Source: an uncultured archaeon
GTDB lineage: Archaea > Iainarchaeota > Iainarchaeia > Iainarchaeales > VGJJ01
Length of the DNA stretch: 64,000 bases
Direction of reading: 5' to 3'
Assembly (NCBI GenBank): GCA_964427715.1
Contig: CAYRUV010000002.1
Location: 149,663 to 213,662 of the forward strand
The notes under the pieces are model-generated. The model saw nothing but the letters and a program-made list of their open reading frames with translations. It did not search any database and was not told the origin of the DNA. Shown piece after piece: positions 38,358 to 45,632 of the stretch (positions are counted from its first letter, which is position 1; each line of letters starts with the position of its first letter). Made by a program: the position numbers and the translations under genes.

Positions 38358-38780
38358 ATGAATCAGGATTTTTCCAAGAAGATGACCGTGGTCCTCCGGG
38401 AGGATTTGGGGTCGTGGCAACTAACCAACACGATTGGACACATAACGGCGTATTTGGGCAACAAAATGACCGAACCCTTTGACACGGGGGATTATTTTTT
38501 CTCCCAGGACGGACTTCCATTTCCTCAAAACTCGCAATATGCAGTGGTGGCACTCCGGGCCACATCGGGAGAATTGAAAGAACTGGCCCAGCGACTTCGT
38601 CCGACCCAGCTGCGTTGGATCGTATACGTGCAGGAAATGATTGACATGATTGACGATGGGGAATTGGCGAATGCCTTGAAGACAATTCCCTCAAATGAGA
38701 TGAAGATTCTGGGAATTGGCATATTTGGTCCTAAGGCTGAATTGAAAGAATTGACCGCACATCTTCGCCTATGGAAATAA
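38358..38780 (+). CDS. DUF2000-family protein
   Basis: The pattern K..VVLREDL..WQ..N....., DG..FPQ, ...ILGIGIFGPK..LKELT..LRLW matches my recollection of DUF2000. Confidence 0.65.
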   Translation: MNQDFSKKMTVVLREDLGSWQLTNTIGHITAYLGNKMTEPFDTGDYFFSQDGLPFPQNSQYAVVALRATSGELKELAQRLRPTQLRWIVYVQEMIDMIDDGELANALKTIPSNEMKILGIGIFGPKAELKELTAHLRLWK

Positions 38781-38823
38781 TCTCCAAGTGTTATTGCCCA
38801 TTTTCTTTATTCTCAACGAATCG

Positions 38824-38898
38824 TTATGTAATTGAAAATCGGGCTCCCAACGGTCTTTTGATTGGCTTTTACGGCCTCAAATGGTCGAAATTACATAA
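38824..38898. repeat. 10-bp perfect inverted repeat TTATGTAATT / AATTACATAA with a 55-nt spacer
   Basis: The arms are at 38824-38833 and 38889-38898, inside the AT-rich non-coding region. Confidence 0.5.
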
Positions 38899-39102
38899 TT
38901 TTTTTGGTTTTGGTGCCTAAATCTACTTTGTTGATTGTGCCCCTAACATAACGCATTTTTCCCAATACTGTTTTTCCCATTTTTTTTCCAAAACATTCTT
39001 TGTCTAATTAACATTTATACACAAGAAACGGGGGCTAAATAACGCTTTATTTGGCAAACGTGAGTATCCTTTTCCTCATTAGACGAAAAAAAGGCTAAAG
39101 CG

Positions 39103-39143
39103 TGCTTTGTTTTCCGATAGGTATTTATACTTGCTTTGTTTTC
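39103..39143 (+). repeat. Direct 12-mer repeat TGCTTTGTTTTC x2 flanking a TATA-like ATTTATAC
   Basis: Copies lie at 39103-39114 and 39132-39143. A related GCTTTATTTGG lies at 39043-39053. ATTTATAC occurs twice (39013-39020 and 39123-39130), as does GGCTAAA (39033 and 39093). Confidence 0.5.
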
Positions 39144-39151
39144 AATACATC

Positions 39152-39378
39152 ACGCGAGATGGCGTGTCAAGGACACGCGTCTCGGCCCATTCGAACGCCC
39201 ATTCATCCGTCCCCCTGTCGGAGAGTAGGGTTGTTCGCGATGGCCAAAAAGGGCGGGAAAGGAGCGGACCCGGGACACCCCCTGTACGGGATTCGACTTC
39301 ACCCCCCATTCCCCTTCTAGGCTTCACCGGGAGGAACGGTCGGATGAAAATCCGGCCGGGAATCCTTTTTCTGCTTTT
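39152..39378 (+). ncRNA. Candidate structured ncRNA of unknown class
   Basis: A GC-rich ~225-nt block sits between a TATA-like box (39123-39130) and the oligo-T tract ccTTTTTctgcTTTTTc (39365-39380). Hairpins: a 12-bp hairpin at 39155-39184, a long-range GGCCCAUUCGAAC/GUUCGCGAUGGCC pairing (39183-39245), and an 8-bp stem with a GAAA tetraloop at 39338-39357. The in-frame N-terminal extension of the downstream ORF looks non-protein-like. Confidence 0.4.
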
Positions 39379-39397
39379 TCACGCATGGAGAATCAAT

Positions 39398-39979
39398 ATG
39401 AAATTAACAAAAACACGCTCAACCAAAGCGTTAATGTTCGTGGTGACGGGAACACCGGGTACCGGAAAAACCACGTGGGCGAAGGAGATTGGAAAAAAAT
39501 TCAAGTGGGAAGTGAAGAATGACAAGACTCTTGCGCACGAACACAAAGCCGTATTCATGCATGACACGATCAACCACGAAGATGTTGTGGACATAACGAA
39601 GTGGTCTCCTTTCCTCAAGAAAGAATTGAAACACGCTCAAGATAGTATAGTGTTGGAAGGACACCTCTTTTGTGAGATGAAACTCCCTGTGAGTGGGGTT
39701 ATCGTCCTCACGTGCCCTGTGATGGAACTCGAAAAGAGGTTGAGGAAGAGGAAGTATTCCGAGGTCAAGATCCAAGACAACCTGTTCTGCGAAGACACAA
39801 AGTATGTCCTGGAGCAGGTCCGGAAGCACTATTCAGGAGTGCCAATCCTCGTCCTGGACACCCATAAACCTAAAAAGGTCCTCCGTGAAAGAATGCTGAA
39901 CTGGATCCAGTCCATCCTCAGGGGGAAATACCGTGAAATACATTCTCGCACTCGCACTCCTACTCGTATTAGGAGCTAA
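39398..39979 (+). CDS. Fap7/AK6-like putative adenylate kinase (P-loop NTPase)
   Basis: VVTGTPGTGKTT and IVLEGHL; ~193 aa. GGAG lies 8 nt upstream of the ATG at 39398. I trimmed the track ORF, which starts at 39107. Confidence 0.7.
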   Translation: MKLTKTRSTKALMFVVTGTPGTGKTTWAKEIGKKFKWEVKNDKTLAHEHKAVFMHDTINHEDVVDITKWSPFLKKELKHAQDSIVLEGHLFCEMKLPVSGVIVLTCPVMELEKRLRKRKYSEVKIQDNLFCEDTKYVLEQVRKHYSGVPILVLDTHKPKKVLRERMLNWIQSILRGKYREIHSRTRTPTRIRS

Positions 39980-41183
39980 CACCCACGCACTCACGCTGGA
40001 AGAAACAAACCTCACGGACCTCGGATTCACAACCATCTCCATTTCTGAACCCTCGACTACGATTTGTGAAACGATTGCCTTTACTCCCTTCAACGGATAC
40101 TCCGAAGAAGGAAATGACACCGTGCTGCGATTACACACCACATTCCTCCCCGCATCTGAATCGGACGCGAACGTAAGTGTGTACTTGAACGGACAAGCAA
40201 CCCCCTTCGCCGTGTGGTTTCCCTCCGACATTCACCCGGATTCGCAAGTTGCAAGCGTAATCATTCCCTCCGCCCAACAAACAAGCCCGCAAACCACCAT
40301 GCAAATCTGCGCCACGTCCTCCCCGTCCAGCGACACACTGAATGTGGATGATGCCACGATTGGATTGTATCAGCAAGCCCGATTCGATGAACCCGGGGCA
40401 TTTGCTACGATTATCGCGGGAGAAAACCCCGTGTTGGGAGAAGAAATTCCCATTCAAGTCGTACTCACGAACAATGGCGGAGAATCCGCCTTCGTGAATG
40501 TGGATTATCGAAAGTATGAGTTGGAATACGTTCCCCTGCTGAAAGGAGAAACGGGATTCCAAACCAACATTTTGCCGGGACAAACTAAAGTCATCACGTA
40601 CAAGATCAAACCTTTGCGCGCGGTATCCATTCTATTGCCTCCAGCCGTATTGACCTACACGAATATTTTCGGAGAAAAGATCGTGCAGGACTCCGAACGC
40701 GCCTTCTTGCTCGTGGCGGCCCCCGAGTTTAACGTGAAAGGGGCTTTCCTCGTGCCGCAGAACCGAGTGAAAGTCAACGAATCCATGGATGTGGATTGGG
40801 TCGTGCAGAACGAAGGAATTACCCCCATCTCTGGAATTGACGCGACATTCTTCGTGAGACCGGAAGGATTAATTTCCCCTGCCTCGGCGAGCATGGACAC
40901 GCTTTCCCCCTCGGATGCAAAAAGTCGAACGTTCACCGTTTCGTTTTCGAAGCCTGGTCTGTATGAACTGGGATGCACCCTCACGTCAAAGGATAATCCA
41001 TCCTTGACCACGAGCTGTCAGAGCGTGATGATTGAAGTGGTAGAGGACAATACTGGAATCACCCTGCTGTTTTCCTTGCTTTTGCTCTTGATTGCGGTGA
41101 GCGTGTACGCGTACATCTACATCCTACCCAACGCCCCCAAGAAGGAAGAACCCCCCAAGAAGGGGCGGTTCCACTCCAAATAG
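39933..41183 (+). CDS. Surface protein with Sec signal, CARDB/Ig-like repeats and a C-terminal TM anchor
   Basis: MKYILALALLLVLGANTHA signal (GTG start), beta-sandwich-like segments and a C-terminal ITLLFSLLLLLIAVSVYAYIYIL plus a basic tail. Confidence 0.6.
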   Translation: MKYILALALLLVLGANTHALTLEETNLTDLGFTTISISEPSTTICETIAFTPFNGYSEEGNDTVLRLHTTFLPASESDANVSVYLNGQATPFAVWFPSDIHPDSQVASVIIPSAQQTSPQTTMQICATSSPSSDTLNVDDATIGLYQQARFDEPGAFATIIAGENPVLGEEIPIQVVLTNNGGESAFVNVDYRKYELEYVPLLKGETGFQTNILPGQTKVITYKIKPLRAVSILLPPAVLTYTNIFGEKIVQDSERAFLLVAAPEFNVKGAFLVPQNRVKVNESMDVDWVVQNEGITPISGIDATFFVRPEGLISPASASMDTLSPSDAKSRTFTVSFSKPGLYELGCTLTSKDNPSLTTSCQSVMIEVVEDNTGITLLFSLLLLLIAVSVYAYIYILPNAPKKEEPPKKGRFHSK

Positions 41184-41211
41184 ACGGTATTTTTTAAGGA
41201 GGAGGCGGGGT

Positions 41212-41376
41212 ATGGGTAGTATAGCACATCAAATAGGATTGCCAGTCATGTACGCATACGTTCTCCATACTTTCTCTTTCTCTAGGAATTCACCTCCTGC
41301 CCCGCAGGATTTATCCTTTTCAGGAATTTTGAGCAAAATTCCGACCCATATCAATATCGGAGGAATGAATCAATGA
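41212..41376 (+). CDS. Possible 54-aa upstream ORF coupled to the TRAM gene
   Basis: AAGGAGGAGG lies 6 nt upstream of the ATG at 41212, and the stop overlaps the TRAM ATG (ATGA at 41373-41376). The sequence is not obviously protein-like. Confidence 0.25.
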   Translation: MGSIAHQIGLPVMYAYVLHTFSFSRNSPPAPQDLSFSGILSKIPTHINIGGMNQ

Positions 41377-41660
41377 TGGACCATAACCCCCACTACGACA
41401 ATAAGCGCCGCAGCAGCAACTTCGGACCCGTTCCCGTGAAGGAAGGAGAGACCTACGATGTCACCATCGAAGGAATTGGAGAGAAGGGAGACGGAATCGC
41501 CAAGATTCAGGGATTCGTCATTGTCGTACCTAAAACTCAACAAGGACAGCGTGTGAAAGTTAAGATCACTGCCGTCCGAGGAAAAGTCTCATTCGCGGAA
41601 GTCGTCGGAGAAAGCGCCCCCGCGCCCGAAGCCGACTCGGAAGAAGAAGACGAAGAGTAA
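41373..41660 (+). CDS. TRAM-domain RNA-binding protein
   Basis: VPVKEGETYDVTIEGIGEKGDGIAKIQGFVIVVP...VKVKITAVRGKVSFAEV, with an acidic tail. Confidence 0.85.
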   Translation: MMDHNPHYDNKRRSSNFGPVPVKEGETYDVTIEGIGEKGDGIAKIQGFVIVVPKTQQGQRVKVKITAVRGKVSFAEVVGESAPAPEADSEEEDEE

Positions 41661-41668
41661 AAATTATC

Positions 41669-41691
41669 GCCGGGAGCGAAACACTCCCGGC
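41669..41691. terminator. Bidirectional terminator-like hairpin GCCGGGAG-cgaaaca-CTCCCGGC
   Basis: An 8-bp GC stem between convergent genes. T-rich tracts follow it on both strands (ttctatttttcttttatttc on +; gataattttt on -). Confidence 0.5.
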
Positions 41692-41720
41692 TTCTATTTT
41701 TCTTTTATTTCAAAAATCAA

Positions 41721-42482
41721 TTATTTCTTTTTCTTCCACTTCGCCCCGCTCTTCTTGGTGTGGCTCATGTGATGGGATGCATGCGTGTGTCCTTTACCCA
41801 ACACTCCGCTCTCCTTCACGGTGTCCGACATGACGATGTACCAGGTCATCCACCACAAATACATCGCGAGACCCAAGAATACTACACTCAACGCATTAAA
41901 CTCAGGGATGGACAACAAGGCCACTACTCCCAAGAGGACAATTCCATATCCCATGAGGAGAATCCAGGAGATCCAATACTGAAGGGTCCCCACCACGCTC
42001 CAGATTCGCCTAAAGGCAAACGCCGAGGCAATCTTCTTGTCGTGCGCGAACAACTGAACGCCGACCGGTAGCATAATTGCGGCGACGAGCGACAACAAGA
42101 GGGAAATTCCCCCGAAAATAGCCCCGCCCACAATCAAAAGCATCAAGGACTGAATCGCCATGATAGGATTGACCGTCAAGCTCTGGAGGATATGACCAAC
42201 CAACGGCAATGAGACTGCGGCGCCCAGCAATAATACGAGCAACGCAGGCAAAAAATACAGGATGACAATCACGAAGACCATTAATCCTGAAAGGAACAAG
42301 TCCACAAAGTCATCAACCTGGGGCATCTGATCATTCCCATTCAGGGTTCGGAGCGAAAGCTCCAGTGCCCGCCCATGCATCAAGGGTCGCGTGGGCAAGA
42401 GGATCGTGAAAAGAACCCCCAAGACAATAGTCACCGGATCGGTGCGCAGGGGTCGTTTGACCGCCTCGACAAAATCAACCAT
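41721..42482 (-). CDS. DUF4013-like polytopic membrane protein with a His/Lys-rich C-terminus
   Basis: The N-terminal pattern ...P..HGRALELSLRTLNGNDQMPQVDDFVDLFLSGL resembles DUF4013. The tail is GHTHASHHMSHTKKSGAKWKKKK. Confidence 0.6.
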   Translation of the reverse strand: MVDFVEAVKRPLRTDPVTIVLGVLFTILLPTRPLMHGRALELSLRTLNGNDQMPQVDDFVDLFLSGLMVFVIVILYFLPALLVLLLGAAVSLPLVGHILQSLTVNPIMAIQSLMLLIVGGAIFGGISLLLSLVAAIMLPVGVQLFAHDKKIASAFAFRRIWSVVGTLQYWISWILLMGYGIVLLGVVALLSIPEFNALSVVFLGLAMYLWWMTWYIVMSDTVKESGVLGKGHTHASHHMSHTKKSGAKWKKKK

Positions 42483-42609
42483 ACACTATCTCCTCCACTC
42501 CAACAAGAGCACTACAATTCCCCCAAACGGGTTGCCGTTTATAAATCACGTCCTTCTGTTCGCGTGGGAAACCTTCCCCATTAAAGGAAAACCCTCCCCA
42601 GGTACTATC

Positions 42610-43113
42610 ATGCCGTCCACCGCCCCACCGGTCAAGAAAAACTATCCCGCGCCCCACAAACCCGTCGTGGAAAAAGCGTGCGGAGTCATCATTTATCGTG
42701 GAAAAAAGTTCCTACTCCTACGACCCACTAAATCTCGTTACTGGAGCGCCCCGAAAGGACGCATGGAGAAAGGAGAAAGCGAAGAACAAACCGCCCGACG
42801 AGAAGTGTTTGAGGAAACCGGACTCAAGAATGTGATATTCTACCCCCGTTTTCGTAGGGTCAACATCTACACCATGATGCGAGAACAAGGCTTAGTTGAG
42901 CGTCACGTGATATTCTTTCTCGGGGAAAGCAAAAATGGAGACGTGGTATTATCCGACGAACACTCCGCATTCGAATGGCTCTCATTCGAAGATGCCGTGC
43001 AGCGCGTGAAGTTTCCCGCACTCAAAGCGATTATGTTCGCGGCCGCCAAGACCCTCGACCCTAGTTTTACCCTCCCGAATAAGAAGAATCCCGAAGGGAA
43101 TCGCTCGGATTAA
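42610..43113 (+). CDS. NUDIX hydrolase
   Basis: Nudix box GRMEKGESEEQTARREVFEETG. I trimmed the track ORF, which starts at 42391 and overlaps the divergent gene. Confidence 0.85.
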   Translation: MPSTAPPVKKNYPAPHKPVVEKACGVIIYRGKKFLLLRPTKSRYWSAPKGRMEKGESEEQTARREVFEETGLKNVIFYPRFRRVNIYTMMREQGLVERHVIFFLGESKNGDVVLSDEHSAFEWLSFEDAVQRVKFPALKAIMFAAAKTLDPSFTLPNKKNPEGNRSD

Positions 43114-43138
43114 AAACAAGAAGGGGCTCATTCCACGC

Positions 43139-44860
43139 ATGAAACACCACTCTAGCATCCTGCCCGTTTTAGCCCTCGTTGTACTGTTGATTTTCGCCGG
43201 ATGCGTGCAACCCACGCAACCCATTCCCAATCCGGACAACCAAACTCCGGAGGTTATTCCTCTTCCTTCAAGCGGATGGATGGCCTATGCCCCGGTGCAA
43301 GCCAACACCAACCCGTGGCAGGCCTATCAGCCCGGACTCAACAGCGGAAAGACGGAACTCGAACAAGTCAAGGCATGGCTGGAAGGAAATGGAATCGACG
43401 CCACCTCATACGGATTCATCCCCCACGACGAAGTGGTGTGCCAATCCCTCAATTGTGCGCGCGGAGACTATTTGATTATCCATCCCACCGACACGAAAGC
43501 AAGTACGTTCCTCCACACGACGGGATTCTTCTCCTTTAATGAAGTCGGAGTGTTCGCGGCACCACCCCAAGGAGACGAGGCCTCGCAAATCATAACGATT
43601 GTCAATGCGAGCGACGAGACCATCTATTACGGCGGATGCAACGATTACGTTCCTTTCCTCCTCACGGAAAATGGAGCGATTCCTGGCCCGCTGAAGGATT
43701 GCTTCTGGGAAGGAATTCCCACCGGGCTCGAAGCCGGAAAAGCACAAGAGCTTCCATTCTATCCGCAGGATGATGGAATGTACTCCATTCAATTCAGCTA
43801 CTCAACTGGATGCACTCCCGGAAAGCCCATCAGCGACGCCCAGTGCACCGGAGGAAAAATACTCGAGTCGCTTCCCTTTGAGGTGAGCGTGTTCACCGCC
43901 TCCGAGTTCGTGAAGATGCAATACGAAATTACGCAGTGCAATACGAATCCCTGGCAAGATTTTGAGACGACCACGACCGCCGAGGAAGATTTAGCCAACT
44001 TCACGGAATGGTTGAACGACCACGATGTGCATCCTCAATCCATTCAGTATGTGCCTCCTGTGGAAGGACAGATGGTCTGCTTAGCGTGTAGCTGCGGACA
44101 AGGAGACTATTATCGAATTGTCATTTCGGCCGATCAACAAAACGAGGCCGAAGATATCGGATTTGACTACTTGGGAGCCTATCTTCCCGCCGGAGACATT
44201 CCGGCGTTTGAGGATGCCCAGTGGTATGTGGCGACCCCGTATCAGTGCTACGCCAACAAATGGAACGTGGAAAAGAAACCCATCCACTCCGCGGGAACGG
44301 ACATCGCCATCATGAAGGAATGGTTAGAAGGCAAAGGTGTGAATGTGGCCTTCTTGACCTACCTCCCCGGATTCAACCTCACCAAAGAATGCCTGAAGAA
44401 ATCCACTGATATTTATGGGGTGGGCGTATTGGACGATGATAGCGCCGTCCTCCTCCAGTCCCTCGGATTCGCCGTGGCTGGAAAGACGCAGGTGGCACTA
44501 TTCACGAGCACCGCGGACGTGGAGCCCATCCCCCTCATTTACAAGAGCAAGTTCTGCACCACCCCCCCGTGGAATGCCCCCGAACTATCCAACGGAAGCG
44601 AAGCCGAAGCTAGTGCCGAGGCCACCGAATGGTTGGCGGAGCAGGGTATTGAGCTCTACAGCGGACCCACCGTACATACCACCATCCCTTCCTATTCCGG
44701 AACATGTGACACCGAATCGGGATTGGCGATGAAAATAACCGTTCCCAAGTGGGCCAAGCCCCACTTAATGGCCCGCGGATTCACCGTTCCTCCGTATTCG
44801 TTTGACGCGCAAAACAACCAAGTGTATCCGGTCGTGACGGAAGAAACAGAATCCAACTAG
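43139..44860 (+). CDS. Lipoprotein with four copies of an unrecognised ~80-aa Cys/Trp domain
   Basis: The signal plus lipobox is LLIFAGC. Repeats lie at aa ~49-130, 260-342, 362-444 and 466-548. They share (Q)C.TNPW ... EWL...G(I/V) ... C..C.(C).(G)DY ... GF. Confidence 0.65.
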   Translation: MKHHSSILPVLALVVLLIFAGCVQPTQPIPNPDNQTPEVIPLPSSGWMAYAPVQANTNPWQAYQPGLNSGKTELEQVKAWLEGNGIDATSYGFIPHDEVVCQSLNCARGDYLIIHPTDTKASTFLHTTGFFSFNEVGVFAAPPQGDEASQIITIVNASDETIYYGGCNDYVPFLLTENGAIPGPLKDCFWEGIPTGLEAGKAQELPFYPQDDGMYSIQFSYSTGCTPGKPISDAQCTGGKILESLPFEVSVFTASEFVKMQYEITQCNTNPWQDFETTTTAEEDLANFTEWLNDHDVHPQSIQYVPPVEGQMVCLACSCGQGDYYRIVISADQQNEAEDIGFDYLGAYLPAGDIPAFEDAQWYVATPYQCYANKWNVEKKPIHSAGTDIAIMKEWLEGKGVNVAFLTYLPGFNLTKECLKKSTDIYGVGVLDDDSAVLLQSLGFAVAGKTQVALFTSTADVEPIPLIYKSKFCTTPPWNAPELSNGSEAEASAEATEWLAEQGIELYSGPTVHTTIPSYSGTCDTESGLAMKITVPKWAKPHLMARGFTVPPYSFDAQNNQVYPVVTEETESN

Positions 44861-44868
44861 TTGGAATG

Positions 44869-44897
44869 TTCCTGGATTTTTTTTCTCAATCCAGGAA
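44869..44897. terminator. Hairpin TTCCTGGATT-ttttttctc-AATCCAGGAA between convergent genes
   Basis: A 10-bp perfect stem whose right arm overlaps the last radC codons. The loop is T-rich. Confidence 0.4.
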
Positions 44898-45554
44898 TCC
44901 CTTCTCGCGAAAACTAAATTGCTCCTTCCGCGTCACGATGACGTGGTCTTGGAACTGAATATCGGCCCACGCACAGGCCTCCATCAACTGCTTCGTCAAC
45001 AAAACATCCTGCGCACTCGGCTCACACTCATGGGAGGGGTGATTGTGCACCACTACGATTCGTCCTGCGCGACACGAAACCGCCGCGTGCAATACGTCCT
45101 TGGGATCCACCACCACGCGATACCTTGTCCCCTTGGAAAGCGTAATGGGGTTACCCACACACCGATCACGCAAGTCAAGAGGAATCAACACGAACGTCTC
45201 GCGAGGAGACGAGACCAACAGGCGCGTTACTTCCTCCAGGGCGTCTTCTAGTGAGAGGATGGGTTCTACTCGCACCCCTTTGCGCTTGGCCAATTCTAGG
45301 GCGGATTGGATTGTTACATATTGAACTCGACCCATTCCTTTCTCGTGCAAGATTGCATAGGGGATTTCAGACAGTTTTTCCAGGGATCCCTCCGCTAGAG
45401 AAAGAATCTGCTGGGCCATATCCAGCGCACTCATTCCCTTCCGTCCTGAACGCAGGAGAATCGCCAAGAGCTCGGCGTCTGACAAGACGGAGACCCCCAA
45501 ACGCAACCCTCTCTCACGTGGACGAATACTCAGGGGGAGTTCTTTGATTCGCAT
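44886..45554 (-). CDS. radC: RadC-like JAB-domain protein (UPF0758)
   Basis: N-terminal HhH-like PRERGL..G...LSDAELLAILLRSG and the JAMM motif HNHPSHECEPSAQD. Confidence 0.85.
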   Translation of the reverse strand: MRIKELPLSIRPRERGLRLGVSVLSDAELLAILLRSGRKGMSALDMAQQILSLAEGSLEKLSEIPYAILHEKGMGRVQYVTIQSALELAKRKGVRVEPILSLEDALEEVTRLLVSSPRETFVLIPLDLRDRCVGNPITLSKGTRYRVVVDPKDVLHAAVSCRAGRIVVVHNHPSHECEPSAQDVLLTKQLMEACAWADIQFQDHVIVTRKEQFSFREKGFLD

Positions 45555-45632
45555 CCACGCTCAACGAGAGGTGTGATTGAAAAACCCAGCGAAAATTTTC
45601 GAGAATTCCTATAAAAAGGACGAAAGAATGGA

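Noticed and set aside
37326-38420. 364-aa minus-strand ORF.
   Set aside because: It is antisense to the well-supported aCPSF1 gene. Its composition is Arg/Leu/Gly/His-rich and it has no motifs.
39103-39143. Possible CRISPR-like or tandem array (TGCTTTGTTTTC repeated with a 29-bp period).
   Set aside because: There are only two exact copies of a 12-mer, which is far too short and too few for a CRISPR array, and no cas genes are nearby. I kept it only as a direct repeat / possible binding site.
39246-39275. SRP RNA helix-8 or RNase P CR-I identity for AAGGGCGGGAAAGGAGCGGACCCGGG.
   Set aside because: About 15 of 21 positions match human SRP helix 8 by eye. However, the tetraloop-closing pairs and the conserved AGCA are not present. 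The Alu-like strings (CCUGUA, CGGGAGG) occur in the wrong order. RNase P P4 pairing could not be drawn. The class is left as unknown, pending a covariance-model search.
39183-39300. tRNA or split-tRNA half suggested by TTCGAA(C/T) T-loop-like strings (39190-39197 on +; GCGTTCGAATGGGCC on the minus strand; GGGATTCGAC at 39288).
   Set aside because: In each case the flanking 5-nt arms are not complementary (e.g. GGGCG ... GGGCC). No acceptor, D or anticodon arms could be drawn.
39107-39397. N-terminal 97-codon extension of the AK6-like ORF as given in the track.
   Set aside because: The extension is Arg/Pro/Gly/Ser-rich and not kinase-like. It covers the TATA-like box and the hairpin-rich GC block. 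A GGAG plus ATG at 39398 gives a normal-length P-loop protein. I reinterpreted the region as a candidate ncRNA.
41197-41305. Apparent long-range complement GGAGGAGGCGGGG ... CCTCCTGCCCCGC.
   Set aside because: The second string is the complement but not the reverse complement of the first, so the two cannot form a hairpin. It is a purine/pyrimidine mirror coincidence.
42391-42609. N-terminal extension of the NUDIX ORF.
   Set aside because: It overlaps the 5' end of the divergent DUF4013 gene. The Nudix fold is complete from the ATG at 42610.
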